Positions 1-13,733 of a stretch of 64,000 bases of DNA are shown here, one piece after another; position 1 is the first letter of the stretch, and each line of letters starts with the position of its first letter. Source of the stretch: the human T2T-CHM13v2.0 reference genome, Homo sapiens. The notes beneath the pieces were generated by a model. It searched no databases and was not told the DNA's origin. It worked only from the letters and a program-made list of their open reading frames with translations. The stretch covers positions 14,176,001 to 14,240,000 of the forward strand of contig CP086569.2 of the NCBI GenBank assembly GCA_009914755.4. Reading direction: 5' to 3'. Made by a program: the position numbers and the translations under genes.

Positions 1-716
1 GTTTACGCTGTGAGGGGAAAACTGCCTACTCAAGCCTCAGTAATGGCAGACACCCCTCCCCACACCAAGCTCCAGTGTCCCAGGTTTACTTCAGACTGCT
101 GTGCTGGCAGCGAGAATTTCAAGCCAGTGGATCTTAGCTTCCTGGGCTCCATGGGCTCTGCTAAGCTAGACGACTTGACTCCCTGGCTTCAGCCCCCTTT
201 CCAGGGGATTGAACTGTTTTGTCTTGGTGGCCCTTCCAGGCTCCACTGTGGGCATGAAAAACAAAACAAAACAAAACAAAACAAAACAAAACAAAACAAA
301 ACAAAACAAAACAAAAAAAAACTGCAGCTAGCTCAGTGTCTGCCCAAATGGCCGCCCAGTTTTGTGCTTGAAACCCAGGGCCCTGGTGGTGTAGGCACCT
401 GAGGGAATCCTCTGGGTCTGTGGGTTGAAGATTGAGAAAAGCATAGTATCTGAGCCAAGTGCATGATTCCTCATGGTACAGTCCCTCACGGCTTCCCTTG
501 GCTCAGCAAGGGAGTTCCCTGACCCCTTCCCGGATGAGGCAACGCCCCACTCTGCTTTGGCTCCGCCTCTGTGGGCTGCACCCCCTTTCTAACCAGTCCC
601 AGTGAGATGAGGAGGGTGTCTCAGTGAGAAATGCAGAAATCTGCCTTCTGCATTGATCTCACTAGGAGTTGTAGACCAGAGCTGTTCCTATTCGGCCATT
701 TTGCCAGCCACCTCCT
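1..716 (-). mobile_element. L1 5'UTR fragment (element continues off the left edge)
   Basis: The reverse complement of 600-716 matches the L1 5' end ('ggaggtggctggcaaaatggccgaataggaacagctc...ttctgcatttctcactgag'). Positions 330-400 are the reverse complement of the L1 copy at 61270-61400. Confidence 0.6.
257..318. repeat. (AAAAC)n microsatellite, about 12 units
   Basis: Direct reading: acaaaacaaaac... Confidence 0.9.
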
Positions 717-1505
717 AGAGTCAAATCAATTTTATTTTTTAAGACTTTTTTTTAGTTGTTTGGATAAAAGAATATATGAAAAGGCGTGGAATAAAAATGG
801 CTTCTGCATTGAAAGAAAAGAACAAATAAGGTTTTGCGGCAAAATAAGTAATCAAGGAAATGACTGTGTTCTTGGCATGCTGCTTCAACAGGGATGATCT
901 TATAGCCAACACAATAAGCCTTAGCATTTGCATTGTCACTGGGCTCATTCAACCTAAGCTATCTTCAGTAGACTTTCCCCTCTAAAGAGCACGTACATTT
1001 TGATTTTACCTATCCTCATAATGACCATTTGCTCATTTTAATAGGAAAACGCACACCCGTGGGTAGGGATTTAAGATGCTAATGAGACATATGACATATG
1101 AACAAGTATCTTGAGGACCCAGAGGACCACCCACAACATGCTTACTAGGAACATCTTTCTGACCTCCTTACAAATAATCATGTAAGATTCCCATACAGGG
1201 AGTCTCCCTCAGGCCAGTTTCATACCTATAAGCAGCCCATCCTCTCTCAGGGTGTCATCTCTCTTTTTCTCAGGGTGTATTCTCTCTATTCTGTACCTAA
1301 ATTTCAACATACTCTTTTTCTTTTGCAAAGAATTACTCTATGCCACACCCCTTTTGCTGTGTGTCTCTTGTTTACATTATTTTAATCTAAGAAGACAAAA
1401 ACCAAGGTATCACAATAACCATCAACAGTTTCACTAAACATTTGATAACCCTGACAATTCTATTTGAAATACATTGTGCATTCTATTCTACATAGTGTAC
1501 ATGTC

Positions 1506-1803
1506 TGGGTGTGGTAGCTCACGCCTGTAATCCCAGCACTTTGGGAGGTGGAAGTGGGGGTATCCCTTGAGCTCAGGAGTTTGAGACTAACCTCGGCAAC
1601 ACAGAAAAACCCTTTGTTTACCAAAAATAAAAAAAATTAGCCGGTGTGGTGGCAGGCACTTGTGGTCCCAGTTACTTGGGAGTCTAAGGTGGTAGGATTG
1701 CTTGAGCCTGGGAGGTAGAGATGGCAGTGAACCAAGATTATGTCAGTGCACATAAGCCTGGGTGACAGTGAGACCTTGTCTCAAAAACAAACAAACAAAA
1801 AAA
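1506..1803 (+). mobile_element. Alu (AluS-like)
   Basis: Carries 'gctcacgcctgtaatcccagcactttgggagg', the A-rich linker and a terminal A/CAAA-rich tail. Confidence 0.85.
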
Positions 1804-3440
1804 CCTCTAATCTACATAGGGTACACAGTGTATTCTAACTTAATCAATAACCTATTTGTACAATGATAAGACACTTAAGATGATGAGGACTGTGGATAGC
1901 AAAGACAACAGGCTAGAGAAATGAAGGCTTCTAAAAAGAGATGCTTTAGAGTTGGATTTTATTCAGAGTAGAGGATAAAATATACTTGAAATAAAATACG
2001 CTTGTAATATTAGAATAAGGAAAAGTATTGATTAGAAATAAAAATATCAAAATAAAACAACTTTAAAATGTAACAATGAGGGGCTTTATTTTCCTGGGCA
2101 ATTGATGCACACTACAGATTTATAAATAAATATGTTAGGAAATGAGGAAATTCAGGTATACAAAAAAGGAAGCTGAGATTTAAATACAAACAGTATGGCT
2201 CTAGTGTCTATGTATCCATTACTTTGTAGTAAACTAGTTTCTTTGGAGCAAATCCTGGGCCTGAGTTTCCTCACCTATAAAAAGAGAATAATGACACCTA
2301 TTTTATAATAATACTATGAAGAGTAAGATAATAAGAATGAGAGTGTTAACATACATACAGTAAGCAGAATAACAACTACATCCACCTCCCTAACAAGGAT
2401 GTCCACATCTTAATTCCCATAATCTGTGATTATGTGATGCAGCAAGGCAAAGGAAATTAAATTTGCAGATGAATTTAAGGTATCTCATCAGCTGACCTTG
2501 AAATCTGACAATTATCCTGTATTATCTGGCTAGGTCCAATATAATGGCAAGGGGCCATAAAAATAAAAGAGGGAAACAGAAGCATTAGTGTCAGAATGAT
2601 GCAATGTGAGAAAGACATGATCAGACTCTGCAGGTTTCAAAGACAGAAGGGGTCCATAAATCAAGGAATGTAGACAGTCTCAAGAAGCTAGAAAAAGCAA
2701 GCCAACAGATTCTTCCTTACAATTGCTTCCTAGATCTCTAAGATAATAAATTTATGTGTTAGGTCAGGAAATCTGTAGTATTTTGTTAAAGTAGCAATAT
2801 AAAACTATTATGATATGCAAAAGGTTTAAAAATTTGTACTCAATAAATGAGAAACATATTATCTGAACTCAGTATGAAAAATTCCTAAACACAGTTAAAA
2901 TAATTACAATTATTAAAGTTTAGTTTTTGACTTTGAAAAAGTTGTGGCATAAGTGCCACCTGAAATTTTAGTAGTTCACACATTGAAAACATGTTTAGAC
3001 CATTCTCTACTATCAGGCCCAAATAATTTCTGAAAAATCATGTAAGATATTGTTACTATTTATTACTTTTGCAGAAAAGGAAGCTAGAATTATAGAAGTT
3101 TAGTAACTGGCCATGAGACTCCAAGACAAAGAAGTGAAGAAACCAAGATTATATGCAGATCGGACTCCAGGGCTTGGATTTCTCACCACTGTTCTATTCT
3201 GTTCTCCTTTTAACACTTTTTTGTGACATTAAATAGAACATCTCCCAAGTCTACAAAGTTAAAGACAGACAAATAACAGTTGTTACATCATAAGAAGCAT
3301 AACGAACGAAAGTACATTTACGTTTAAGACAGCAAATTTTAAAAGTGAAATATAAGTAATGCTTTAAATGATAGTCAAAGGATATGTAACAAACGAACTT
3401 TATGTTGATTTCTTTGGAATTGAACTGTTTAAATTTCCGA

Positions 3441-3607
3441 AAATTAATTAATTAATTAATTTATTGGCATAGTTTCACTCTGTCATTGAGGCTCAGTGCA
3501 GTGACTTGGCTCACTGCTGTGACCTATACCTTCTGGGCTCAAGTGATTCTCCCTTTTCAGCCTCCTGAGTAGCTGAGACCACAGGTGCACAGCACCACAC
3601 CTGGGTA
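3441..3607 (-). mobile_element. Partial Alu (right monomer only) with a (TTAA)n-like tail
   Basis: Carries 'tttcactctgtcattgaggctcagtgcagtgacttggctcactgc...cctcctgagtagctgagaccacaggtgcac'. Confidence 0.7.
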
Positions 3608-3616
3608 AGAAAAATT

Positions 3617-3690
3617 ACTTTTTAACTACTAGTTTGTGTATTTTTAACTACTAGTTTGTGTTACTTTTTAACTACTAGTTTATGTATTGA
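3617..3690. repeat. Tandem repeat, about 24-bp unit x3 ('tttttaactactagtttgtgt')
   Basis: Direct reading. Confidence 0.8.
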
Positions 3691-4959
3691 ATTCTACAAT
3701 ACATAATTATTTGGGGGATCACTAAGGATGGATTTTTAAAACTATGTATTCTAAAAAGAATGATTTCTACTTTAATTCCTGTCTGACATACTCCCCTGAA
3801 TTAAAGATTTCCTAAAGTTCAACTTTTCAGAAGAAAATGTGATACTTACTATTGTTTTGGATGGATTTCCAAGTGGCCTCATATTTATCATGGTGCTTTA
3901 AATAGCAAAAAACAAACTAACCTATTGTTGCATAACCCAGAATTAATAATGTGGTTAACTGATAATAAGGTTAGTTAACCTCCCTCTAAAGTTTTTATTT
4001 TTTACTATGCTTCTCACAGCTAGTCTTATTTATTATTGTAGCAGATCACATCTGCCATTTAACTACACAAAGAAGGTCCTTTTAAATTACACTGAAAAAT
4101 CTAACCAGTACCTGCAGCCTTATCACTTAATTCCTTTCAAGGATTCTGTTCAAAGAAATGCTTTTAATAGTAAAGCATAATGAATACACAAGTCTCATGA
4201 AAACGAAAAGTCACAGAGCTATATAAAGAATACACAGACCAAAACAATACATTTCAAGTATCTGAAACTATCAATAAGTTGCAAAAAGTGAGGATTTCCT
4301 TTCACTTTCGATAAAGTCATTTTAAAATTAAAATCAAGAGTAGAAATCTTTATTTTGATGAACACAGATAAAGGGCAGGAACAAATACCTTTTCACTAAT
4401 TTTTTTAAGCTTTAAGGTAAATTTAGTAACATCTCATAATACAAAATGAAAATTATATACTATATGTAATAAACATTTTTATCACAGCAATATTATAGTT
4501 TTATTTGCCTGATTATATCACAGCAATATATTATATATAAAATTTTAAATATTTAAATATATTTTTATAAAAAATATTATGTACATAAAAATATATTTAT
4601 ATATGACACAGCAACATTGTATCACAGCAACTGTTGTGGATACAATCAGGAAAATACTACACTGCAACATTATTTCCACTACTTCAAAAAAAAAAAAAAG
4701 TCTAACCTGTATCAAATACAAGGAAATGAACCAGATAGATAAAAAAATAGGGAACATTCTAAAAACAACTGGCTTGTTTCTTTTAAATCTGTTTCTTAAA
4801 GAAAGAATGTATTAGAAAGGGTTCTTACATACTTAAAAAAGACTAAACAGATACAACAACCGAGTACTAAATTTAATGGGAACCTTAAGTAAACCTGAAC
4901 TGAGAATAAGAATGGATTCTGAAAAGAAGCAAGATCTTTATCAGGTATTTTTCCTAATG

Positions 4960-5212
4960 CTATCCCTCCCCTAGCCCCCGACTCCTTGACAGGCCCTTCC
5001 CTGTGTCCATGTGTTCTTACTGATTAACTCCCACTTATGAGTGAGAACATGCAGTGTTTGGTATTCTGTTGTTGTGTTAGTTTGCTGAGAATGATGTAGA
5101 TGACAGGTTCACGGGTGCAGCAAACCACCATGGCATGTGTATACCTATGTAACAAACCTGCATGTTCTGCAGATGTACCTCCAAACTTGAAGTATAATAA
5201 TAAAAAAATAAA
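4960..5212 (+). mobile_element. L1 3' end fragment (ORF2 tail and 3'UTR)
   Basis: Carries 'ctcccacttatgagtgagaacatgcagtgtttggt...tatgtaacaaacctgcatgttctgcagatgtacc...ataataataaaaaaa'. Confidence 0.8.
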
Positions 5213-5214
5213 TA

Positions 5215-5540
5215 GGCCAGGTGCAGTGGCTCCCAGCACTTTGGGAGGCTGAGGTGGGCAGATCACCTGAGGTTGGGAGTTCGAGACCAGCCTGACCAAC
5301 ATGGAGAAACCCCGTCTCTACTAAAAATACAAAAATTAGCTGCCAGGCATGGTGGTGGGCAACTGTAATCCCAGCTACGAGGGACGCTGAGGCAGGAGAA
5401 TCACTTGAACCCAGGAATCGGAGGTGCGGTGAGCTGAGATCACGCCATTGCACTCCAGCTTGGGCAACAAGAGCAAAACTCTGTCTCAAAAAAATAAATA
5501 AATAAATAAATAAATAAATAAAAATAAAAAAAATAAGTGA
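5215..5540 (+). mobile_element. Alu with an (AAAT)n tail
   Basis: Full dimeric Alu. The tail is 'aaataaataaataaataaataaataaaaat'. Confidence 0.9.
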
Positions 5541-6667
5541 AGAAGCAAGACTTTTAAAAAGGCCGTTTTTTAATAGGGTGTAAATTTTATCTAGATATAA
5601 TATAATGTTTTTAATTTTCTTAGGTATAACAATGGTATGGTGGCTATGAAAGGAAATTACTGTATTAAAGATGCAGAGATGAATTATTTGGGGTCGCATA
5701 CAATATATGTAATGTAATTTCACCTAGTTCACCTAAACATGTTTATGTGAGCATATTAATATAGAAAGCCTACAAATAAACACGGCAAAAACTTAACTGA
5801 TAAAAGCAGGTGAATGTTCTATCAGCATGCAGCGTACTATCTCCCTAACTTTTCTGTAGGTTTGAAAAATTCCAAAATACAATATCTGGGGGAAAGTATT
5901 CATATGTATATTGGGAAAGTGTAGCTATTGGCAAATTTGATATATTTAAAAATGCATCTTAATATAGAAAAACTGTAGGAGTTGAATAAATTAAAACGAG
6001 GTTAGTCAATCTACTAATGTAGTACTTAATGCAGTCCTTCCATGGTGTTATGAAAATAGCTAAGAGTTCAGAAACGTCAGTATTCATCACCTTATCAACA
6101 ACTATTTAGTACTCTAGCCTATATTTCAGACTCCTTAAGCAATAGATGTGTACATAAACCTGATCTTTTAACAGAAATTTTTACTTAAACATTCTTTGAA
6201 GATTTAAATTCTACATGTCTAAAAGCCAAGATGATAAGTACTACTCTCTACAACTAACTCATTTGTCTTCCTTATCCTTTAGCTTCAATCTCAGTGACAG
6301 GCATAAACGATGCCTGAGTGAAGCACGCCAAAGTCCAGCAATTCTGATTCCTCATTTTTCCTATTCTTTAACAGAAATACTCTTTCAGGTTCTGTTCCTC
6401 ACTAAGATTTTCTAATGTTTTCTCTCTCTCAGGGCAATTACAAACTAGTACACGGAATGCCTCAGTTAGCTTCCTCCTTTAAATCTGAAGTTCTGCATTT
6501 CCAAAGCTTTTTCTAACATCAGTATCCAACTTCTCAAAGTTGTCACTGTCTTGAACTGAAGTCATGTGTCACAATTATTAAGAAGTGTTTTCATATTAGA
6601 AAGATATATTTTTAAATACTTTGTCTCTAACTAGGTACATGATATAAGGCTACAATAATTGAGATAA

Positions 6668-6990
6668 GGCTGGGTGCAGTGGCTCAAGCCTGTAATCCCA
6701 GCACTTTGGGAGGCTGAAGCAGACAGACCATTTGAAGTCAGGAGTTTTGAGCCCTGTCTTGATGACATGATGAAATCCTTTCTCTACATAAAAAAGAAAA
6801 AAATTGCTGGGCATGGTGGTATGTTCCTGTGGTCCTAGCTACTAAGTGGGGCTGAGGTGGAAGGATCACTCGAACCTGGGAGGTTCTGGCTACAGTGAAC
6901 CCTAATCATACCACTGCACTGTAGCCTGGGTAACAGAGCAAGACCCTGTATCAAAAATGAATGAATGAATGAATAAATAAATAAGTAGAG
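6668..6990 (+). mobile_element. Alu with a (GAAT)/(AAAT) tail
   Basis: Begins 'ggctgggtgcagtggctcaagcctgtaatcccagcactttgggaggc...'. Confidence 0.9.
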
Positions 6991-7133
6991 AAAGGAAGAA
7001 AGATATAAAACTTCCCCAAACTGCAGAAGAAAAGCATATTCGAATTCATTATGCCCAAAAACCCCAAATAAACTAAGCATCAAAAGATCTTTGCCAGGAC
7101 ACATTATTTAATTGCTTAAAATCAAAGACAACG

Positions 7134-7450
7134 GCTGGGCGTGGTGGCTCACGCCTATAATCCCAGCACCTTGGGAAGCTGAGGCGGGCGGATCACGAGG
7201 TCAGGAGATCGAGACCATCCCGGCTAACACGGTGAAACCTCGTCTCTACTAAAAATACAAAAAATTAGCTGGGCGTGGTTGCAGCCCAGCTGCAACCTGT
7301 AGTCCCGGCTACTCTACTCGGGAGGCTGAGGCAGGAGAATGGCGTCAACCCGGAAGGCAGAGCTTGCAGTGAGCTGAGATCCCGTCACTGCACTCCAGCC
7401 TGGGCAACAGAGCGAGACTCGTCTCAAAAAACCCCCCCCAAAAAAAACAA
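7134..7450 (+). mobile_element. Alu (AluY/Sx-like)
   Basis: Begins 'ggctgggcgtggtggctcacgcctataatccc' and retains CpG-rich 'gaggcgggcggatcacgaggtcaggagatcgagacc'. Confidence 0.9.
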
Positions 7451-7599
7451 AGACAAAGAGAGTTTTGAAAATAGCAAGAGAAGAACAAACCATCACATTT
7501 AAGGGAATCAGCAGAAACTTTACAAACCAGAGAAGACTGTGGTAATATTAAGAGTAAGAAAAAACAAAACAAAAACAAAAACAAAAACAAATCTGCCCT

Positions 7600-9954
7600 C
7601 AAAAAATAATATGCTCAGCAAAATTATCCTTTAAAATTAAAGGAGACGTAAAGTCTTTCTCAGACACACAAAACTGAGTGAGTTAGCAGTAGATCTGCCT
7701 TAACAGAAATGCTTAAAGAAGTTCTTCAAATTGAAACAAACACATGCTAAAAAGCAAAGCAAAAACACAGAAAAACATAACTCTGAATATAAGTTCATGA
7801 ACACATAAAAATTAATGCAACACCGTACAAGTGGTGAACAAGGTTATTCTTAACCTTAATACAAGAGTTAGAAGATTAAAATGTGTTAATACAATGTTAA
7901 AAGAGGCAAACTAATTTTAAGAGCATAAAATGTGTGTTATCTGCGGGCAGTAAAAATGTTGTGTTTTGTACGTGATTCAAATTAAGTTGTTTTCAATTTA
8001 AAATAGAAGGGTTAACTACAATATACTTTAGAAGGGAACAAGAGGGCCATAAAGGACACTCCAGTTATCATCACCCCTGCAGGAACACCAAACTGATCAA
8101 CTATTTACACACGAAAGCACCTTCATCAGAAGCAAAACTCAGGTAAGCAATCACCGTACCTAGTTTTGACACAATATTTTTTAAAAAGCACTGAAGGAGG
8201 TAGAAAAGACACTTTCGAATCACTGACATCACCCATCCCCAAACCCCGTCAGTGACTGTGTTGAGCAAAGAACGTGTGCATGGGGGAAAGAGAGCTGTGA
8301 CTGCTGGACTTTGCATTGAAACTCTGTGCTGCCTTGGTTCAGTGAAAAGCAACATGAGGAAAAATTCTGCTGGTACCCACTGGGGGAGCATTTAGACCAG
8401 ATCTAGCCAGAGAACTGTCCTTCCCAGCAGTCAGAACCTGAGTTCTAGCTAGTCCCATCACTACGGACTAATGTGCTCTTGGGTACTAAATGAACATAAA
8501 AGTCAGTATCTGCCACAAAGACTGTAGTTCTCAGGCAAGTCCTAGTGCTGTACCGGGCTCAGAGCCATTGGACTTGAGGTGCATGTGACCAAGTGAGAGA
8601 CCAGTGAGGGAAGCCAAGGGAGTAACTGTGTCACCCTTCCCCAGTTCTAGGCAGCACTGCTTGCAGCTCTTGGAGAGACTCTTTCCTTTCATTTGGGGAG
8701 AAAAAGGTGAATAAAGAGGACTTTGTCATGCAACATGAATACCAGCTCTGCCAGAGTAGAACAGGGCGCCATCATGCAGAGTCCTGAGGCTCCCTTTCCA
8801 GGCCATACTTCCTGGATGACATTTCTAGACATACCCTGGGCCAGAAAAGAACTCACTCCTTTGAAGGAGAGGAGAAGACCCAGTTCTGGCAAGATTCAAC
8901 ATCTGCAGGCTACAGAGGCCTTGGGTCTTGAAGTATCAGCCATACCTTGACAGTATTTGTCACAATCCTTAGCTGAGACCTCGGGCCATGCTGGCTTCAG
9001 GTGTGACCCAGTATATTCTCAACAGGGGTGGCCATGAGGAAATATTCCTTCTGTTTGAGGAAAGGAGAGGGAAGAGGTAAACGGGACTTTGTCTTGCAGT
9101 TTGGGCACTAGTGTGGCCACAGTTGGGTAGAGCACAAAGCAGGTTCCTGGGGGCCCCCAATTTCAGGTGTTGGCACTTGGATGGCATTCTGGACCCACTC
9201 TAAGAAAAAAGGAGCCTGCTGGCCTAAAGAGAGAGATCCAAATCTGACTGCATTCAGCATAAGCTGACTGAAGAGCCCTTGGGCCTTCCGTGAACTTCGG
9301 TGGAGCCAGGCAGAACTTTCTGTGACTCTGGGAGTACAGAAACCATGTGGACAGACTACTTCTGCAAGAAGTAGAGGGAAGAGTGGGGCAGACTTTGTCT
9401 TGTAAGTTTGGGTACCAACTCATACTCAGTAGAAGAGAGCACCAGGTAGAATCCTAACATTCCAGACTCAAGGCCTTGTCTCTCAGGTGGCATTTCTAAA
9501 CTCCCCCTTGGCTGGGGAGAAGCCTGATGTCTTCAAAGGAAGGACACATTCCTGGCTGCATTCACCATCTGCTAATTGATGTAGGTGGGGAAATAACAGA
9601 AGGAGCCAGGCAGTGGTCACCCTGGGGCTTTGGGTTAGAGCCAGTGCGCTGTGCTGGGTTTGGGTCTGAACCAGTGCAGTCCCTGTGGTGATGGCCACAA
9701 GGGTGCTTGTGTCACCTGTCCCTCAGCTCCAGGAGTCTCAGCATGGTGAAAGTCTAGAGTTAAAATGGTGAAAGTCTCTGCCTCCATTTGTTTGAAGAAA
9801 AGTAAGGGAAGAGAACAAGAGTGTATACCTGGTAATGCAGAGAATTCTACTGAATCATTCCCAAGACCATGAAGGCAGTAACTCTATGAGTTCATAAAAA
9901 TCACAGTGTTACTGGGCTTGGGGTGCCCCTTAGGCAGATACGGCTGCAGCAACC
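7600..9954 (+). mobile_element. Old L1-derived block: ORF1-C-terminal/inter-ORF-like segment, then a tandem-monomer 5'UTR-like region
   Basis: Positions 7680-8060 translate to L1-like fragments ('MLKEVLQ...', 'EQEGHKG'). Positions 8690-9900 hold about four tandem units of 320-430 bp sharing 'gggaagag...gactttgtcttg(c/t)agtttggg(c/t)ac'. The block abuts L1 ORF1 at 10258. Confidence 0.35.
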
Positions 9955-10252
9955 AAAGATTTTTTTCTTTAGAGATGGAGTTTCACACTGTTGCCTGGGC
10001 TCGAGTGCAATGGCATGACCTTGACTCACTGCAACCTCTACCTCCCAGGTTCAACCGATTCTCCTGCCTCAGGATCCCCAGAGTAGCTGGGATTACAGAT
10101 GCCCACGACCATGCCAGGTAATTTTTTTATTTTTAGCAGAGATGGGATTTCACTATGTTGGCCAGGTTGATCTCGAACTCCTGACCTCATGATCTACCTG
10201 CTTTGGACTTCCAAAGGGCTGGGATTACAAGCATGAGCCACCATATCCGGCC
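9955..10252 (-). mobile_element. Alu
   Basis: Poly-T start, 'gagatggagtttcacactgttgcctgggctcgagtgcaatggc', and '...gggattacaagcatgagccaccatatccggcc'. Confidence 0.9.
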
Positions 10253-10817
10253 TGACCAAAGATTTAGATTACAACATCAAATCGCCTTTGAATACCTAGA
10301 AAACCTTCCTCTAAGAAAGACAGGTAGAAGCAGTCCCAGACATGAAGACTACAATAAATAACTCCTCAATGCCCAGACATTGACAAACATCCACATCTGC
10401 GACAATCCAGAGAAACATGATATATCCAAATTAAGTAAGGCACCAGGGGTCAGTCCCAGAGAGACAAGAGATCCATGACCTTTCAGACAAATAATTCAAA
10501 ACAGCTGTTTTGAGGAACCACAACTGTATGTAACATAACAGAGAGAAGGAATTTTCTATTAGATAAATTTGACAAAGAGATTAAAAAGAGTCAAGTAGAA
10601 ATTCTAGAGTTAAAAAAATGCAACTGACACACTGAAGAATGCATCAGAGATTTCTAATAGCAGAATTGATCAGAAGAATCAGTAAGCTTGAAAACAGGCT
10701 ATTTGAAAATATACTATCGGGGAGACAAAATAAAAAAGATTAAAGCACACCTACAAGCTCTATAAAGAGTGTTAAAAAGGCAAATCTAAGAGTTATTGGC
10801 ATTAAAGAGGAGATAGA

Positions 10818-11103
<286 letters not shown>

Positions 11104-11141
11104 GGAGACAGAGAGCAACATCAGGGTAGAAAGTTTATTGA

Positions 11142-11531
<390 letters not shown>

Positions 11532-13004
11532 TAACCCCAATAAGATGATCTTAGGCCTTTAAGAATAAAATTACCAAAGATCAAAGACAAAGGAAAGACC
11601 TAAAAGCAGTGACAGGGGAAACAAGTAACATACTTAAAAAAAAAAAAAGCTCCAAAACGTTTGTCAGCAGACTTCCTGGTGAAATCCCTAAAAGCCAGGA
11701 GAGAGCAGCATGACATACTTAAAGTGCTTAAGGAGAAAAATTTCCAGAATAGTATATCCAGCAAAAATATCAAACACAAAGGAGAAATACTTCTGACAAA
11801 CAAAAGATGAAGGATATCACCAATACCAGACTCGCTCTACAAGAAATGCTAACAGGAGTTCTTCAAGTACCAAATTTAACTACAAAAAGTTTTCAAGATA
11901 CAGACAATATAGTAAGATATAAATAGAAACAACAGAAAGTTTAAAAGGGGGATGAAATTAAAGTGTGAATTCCTTTAGTTTTCTCTTTGCTTGTTTTTGC
12001 AATCAGTGTTAAGTTGTCATCAGTATCACCAGAGAAAATCACCTTCATAAAAAGGGAGACAGCAAGGAAAGAAAAAACACAGAATGATGAAACAAAAATA
12101 CAGTTACAGGAGTAATTCCTTTTCCATAACATTGAATGTAAATGAACTAAGCTCTCCAATCAAAAGAAATAGAGTGGCTGAGTGCAGAATTAAAAAGATG
12201 CAACAACATACTGTCTACAAGAAACTGAAACTACAGAGACTGAAAAGAAAGGGATGAAAAGAGATATTCTATGCAAACAAAAATGAGCAAAGAACAGGAG
12301 TGGCTGTATTTATGCCACAAAACTGATTTCAAAATAAAACCTATTAAGAACAAAGAAAGTCATTATATAATGATAAAGGGGTCAATTCAATAAGAGGGTT
12401 TAACAATTGCAAACATATATGCACCCAACACTGTAGCACACAGATATACATATATGTATATATATGCAAATATTATGAGAACTAAAGGAAGATATAGATC
12501 CCAGTACAACAATGGCTAGAGACTTCAACACCCTGCTTTCAGCGTAGGGCAAGTCAGATCATTCAGACAGAAAATGAACCAAGCAGCATTGGACTTAGTA
12601 TGCATTATAGACCAAATGGACCTGACATATATTTACAGAACATTTCATCTAATGGCTGCGGAATACACATTCTTCTCCTCAGCATATGCATCATTCTCAA
12701 GGCCAGACCACATGATAGGCCAAAAAACAAGTCTTAAAACATTAAAAACAAAATGAAACAATATGAAATATCTTCTCTGACCATAATGGAATAAAACTAG
12801 ACATCAGTAACAAGCAGAACTTTTGAAAGTATAAAAGCAACTGGAAAATTTGTTGGGGAAAATTTTTCAACTGGAAAAACAATTATAATTTTCCAATTGT
12901 TTTTATAGTTTCAAACATTCTAGAATGGACAGAAGGCCAATAAAGAGATTAAGAATAAAATTTAAAAACTGCTTCAAACAAGTAACAATAAAAACACAAC
13001 ATAA

Positions 13005-13480
13005 TGAGGGAAGAGAGAGAGACCCTCTCATATTGTTTTATACTCAGTACTTATTTAAAAAACAAAAAAAAACAAGGAAGTAAAATCAAAGACAGGCAGC
13101 CTGGCACCAGGCCTGAAACCAGGCCTGGGCCTGCCTGGCGTAAACCCAGTAGTTAAAAATCAACTCATAACTTAGAAACTGATGTTATTCATAGATTCCA
13201 GACATTGTATAGAAGAACACTGTGAAACTCCCTGCCTTGTTCTGTTTCTCTCTGACCACCGGTGCATGCAGCCCCTGTCATGTACCCCTTGCTTGCTCAA
13301 ATCTATCATGACCCTTTCAAGTGAAATGCTTAGAGTTGTGAGCCCTTAAAAGGGACAGGAATTGCTCACTGGGGGAGCTCAGATTTTAAGGCAGTAGCTT
13401 GCTGATACTCCCAGCTGAATAAAGCCCTTCCTTCTACAACTCGGTATCTGAGAGGCTTTATCAGCGGCTCATCCTGCTAC
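13005..13480 (+). repeat. 5' LTR (LTR2-like) with an AATAAA at about 13417
   Basis: 'tgagggaagagagagaccctctcatattgttttatactcag...' is shared with the 3' LTR. I count roughly 35-45 differences by eye over about 465 bp. Confidence 0.85.
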
Positions 13481-13486
13481 ATTTCT

Positions 13487-13504
13487 TGGTTCCCTGACCG
13501 GGAA
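13487..13504 (+). promoter_or_regulatory. Primer-binding site complementary to the tRNA-Glu 3' end
   Basis: 'tggttccctgaccgggaa' is the exact reverse complement of 'TTCCCGGTCAGGGAACCA' (tRNA-Glu 3' terminus plus CCA). It lies 6 nt after the LTR. Confidence 0.8.
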
Positions 13505-13733
13505 ACATGATAACTGACAGACGGCCGAGGCAGCCCCTTAGGCCTGCCCTGCGGAGCATCCCTGCAGGGGACTCCGGCCAGCCTGAGTGACGCAATCCAA
13601 AGAGCGCTCCCGGGAAAGAAATTGCCTGGGTGGAACGCCTAGCCAAAGCAGCGCGTAGCAGGCCCCTGCAGAGGATCAGCACAGTGGCTGAACACCAGGA
13701 AGGAACTGGCACTTGGAGTCTGGACATCTGAAA

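Noticed and set aside
10-402. 130-aa plus-strand ORF antisense to the L1 5'UTR, considered as an L1 ORF0-like gene
   Set aside because: It spans the (AAAAC)n microsatellite, where it translates as 'KQNKTKQNKT...'. It is in a truncated, diverged 5'UTR. I cannot verify similarity to ORF0. I treat it as a chance ORF.
880-960. Minus-strand peptide 'NEPSDNANAKAYCVGYKIIPVEAACQEH', and another at about 6440-6560 ('DVRKSFGNAELQI*'), considered as missing UTY 3'-terminal exons
   Set aside because: They resemble the KDM6 C-terminus only at a few scattered residues ('NDEPAHYCSICE' and 'ARKTSGNLENF'). They lack splice-site support and contain stops. This is most likely chance. The true 3' exons appear to lie outside the window.
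5145-5723. 192-aa six-frame ORF, and many similar ORFs (for example 42903-43205, 45874-46338, 44953-45354 and 10963-11448) containing '[12 protein letters not shown]...' or '[14 protein letters not shown]' peptides
   Set aside because: These are translations of Alu elements in one frame or another. Some are fused to L1 fragments. They are not genes.
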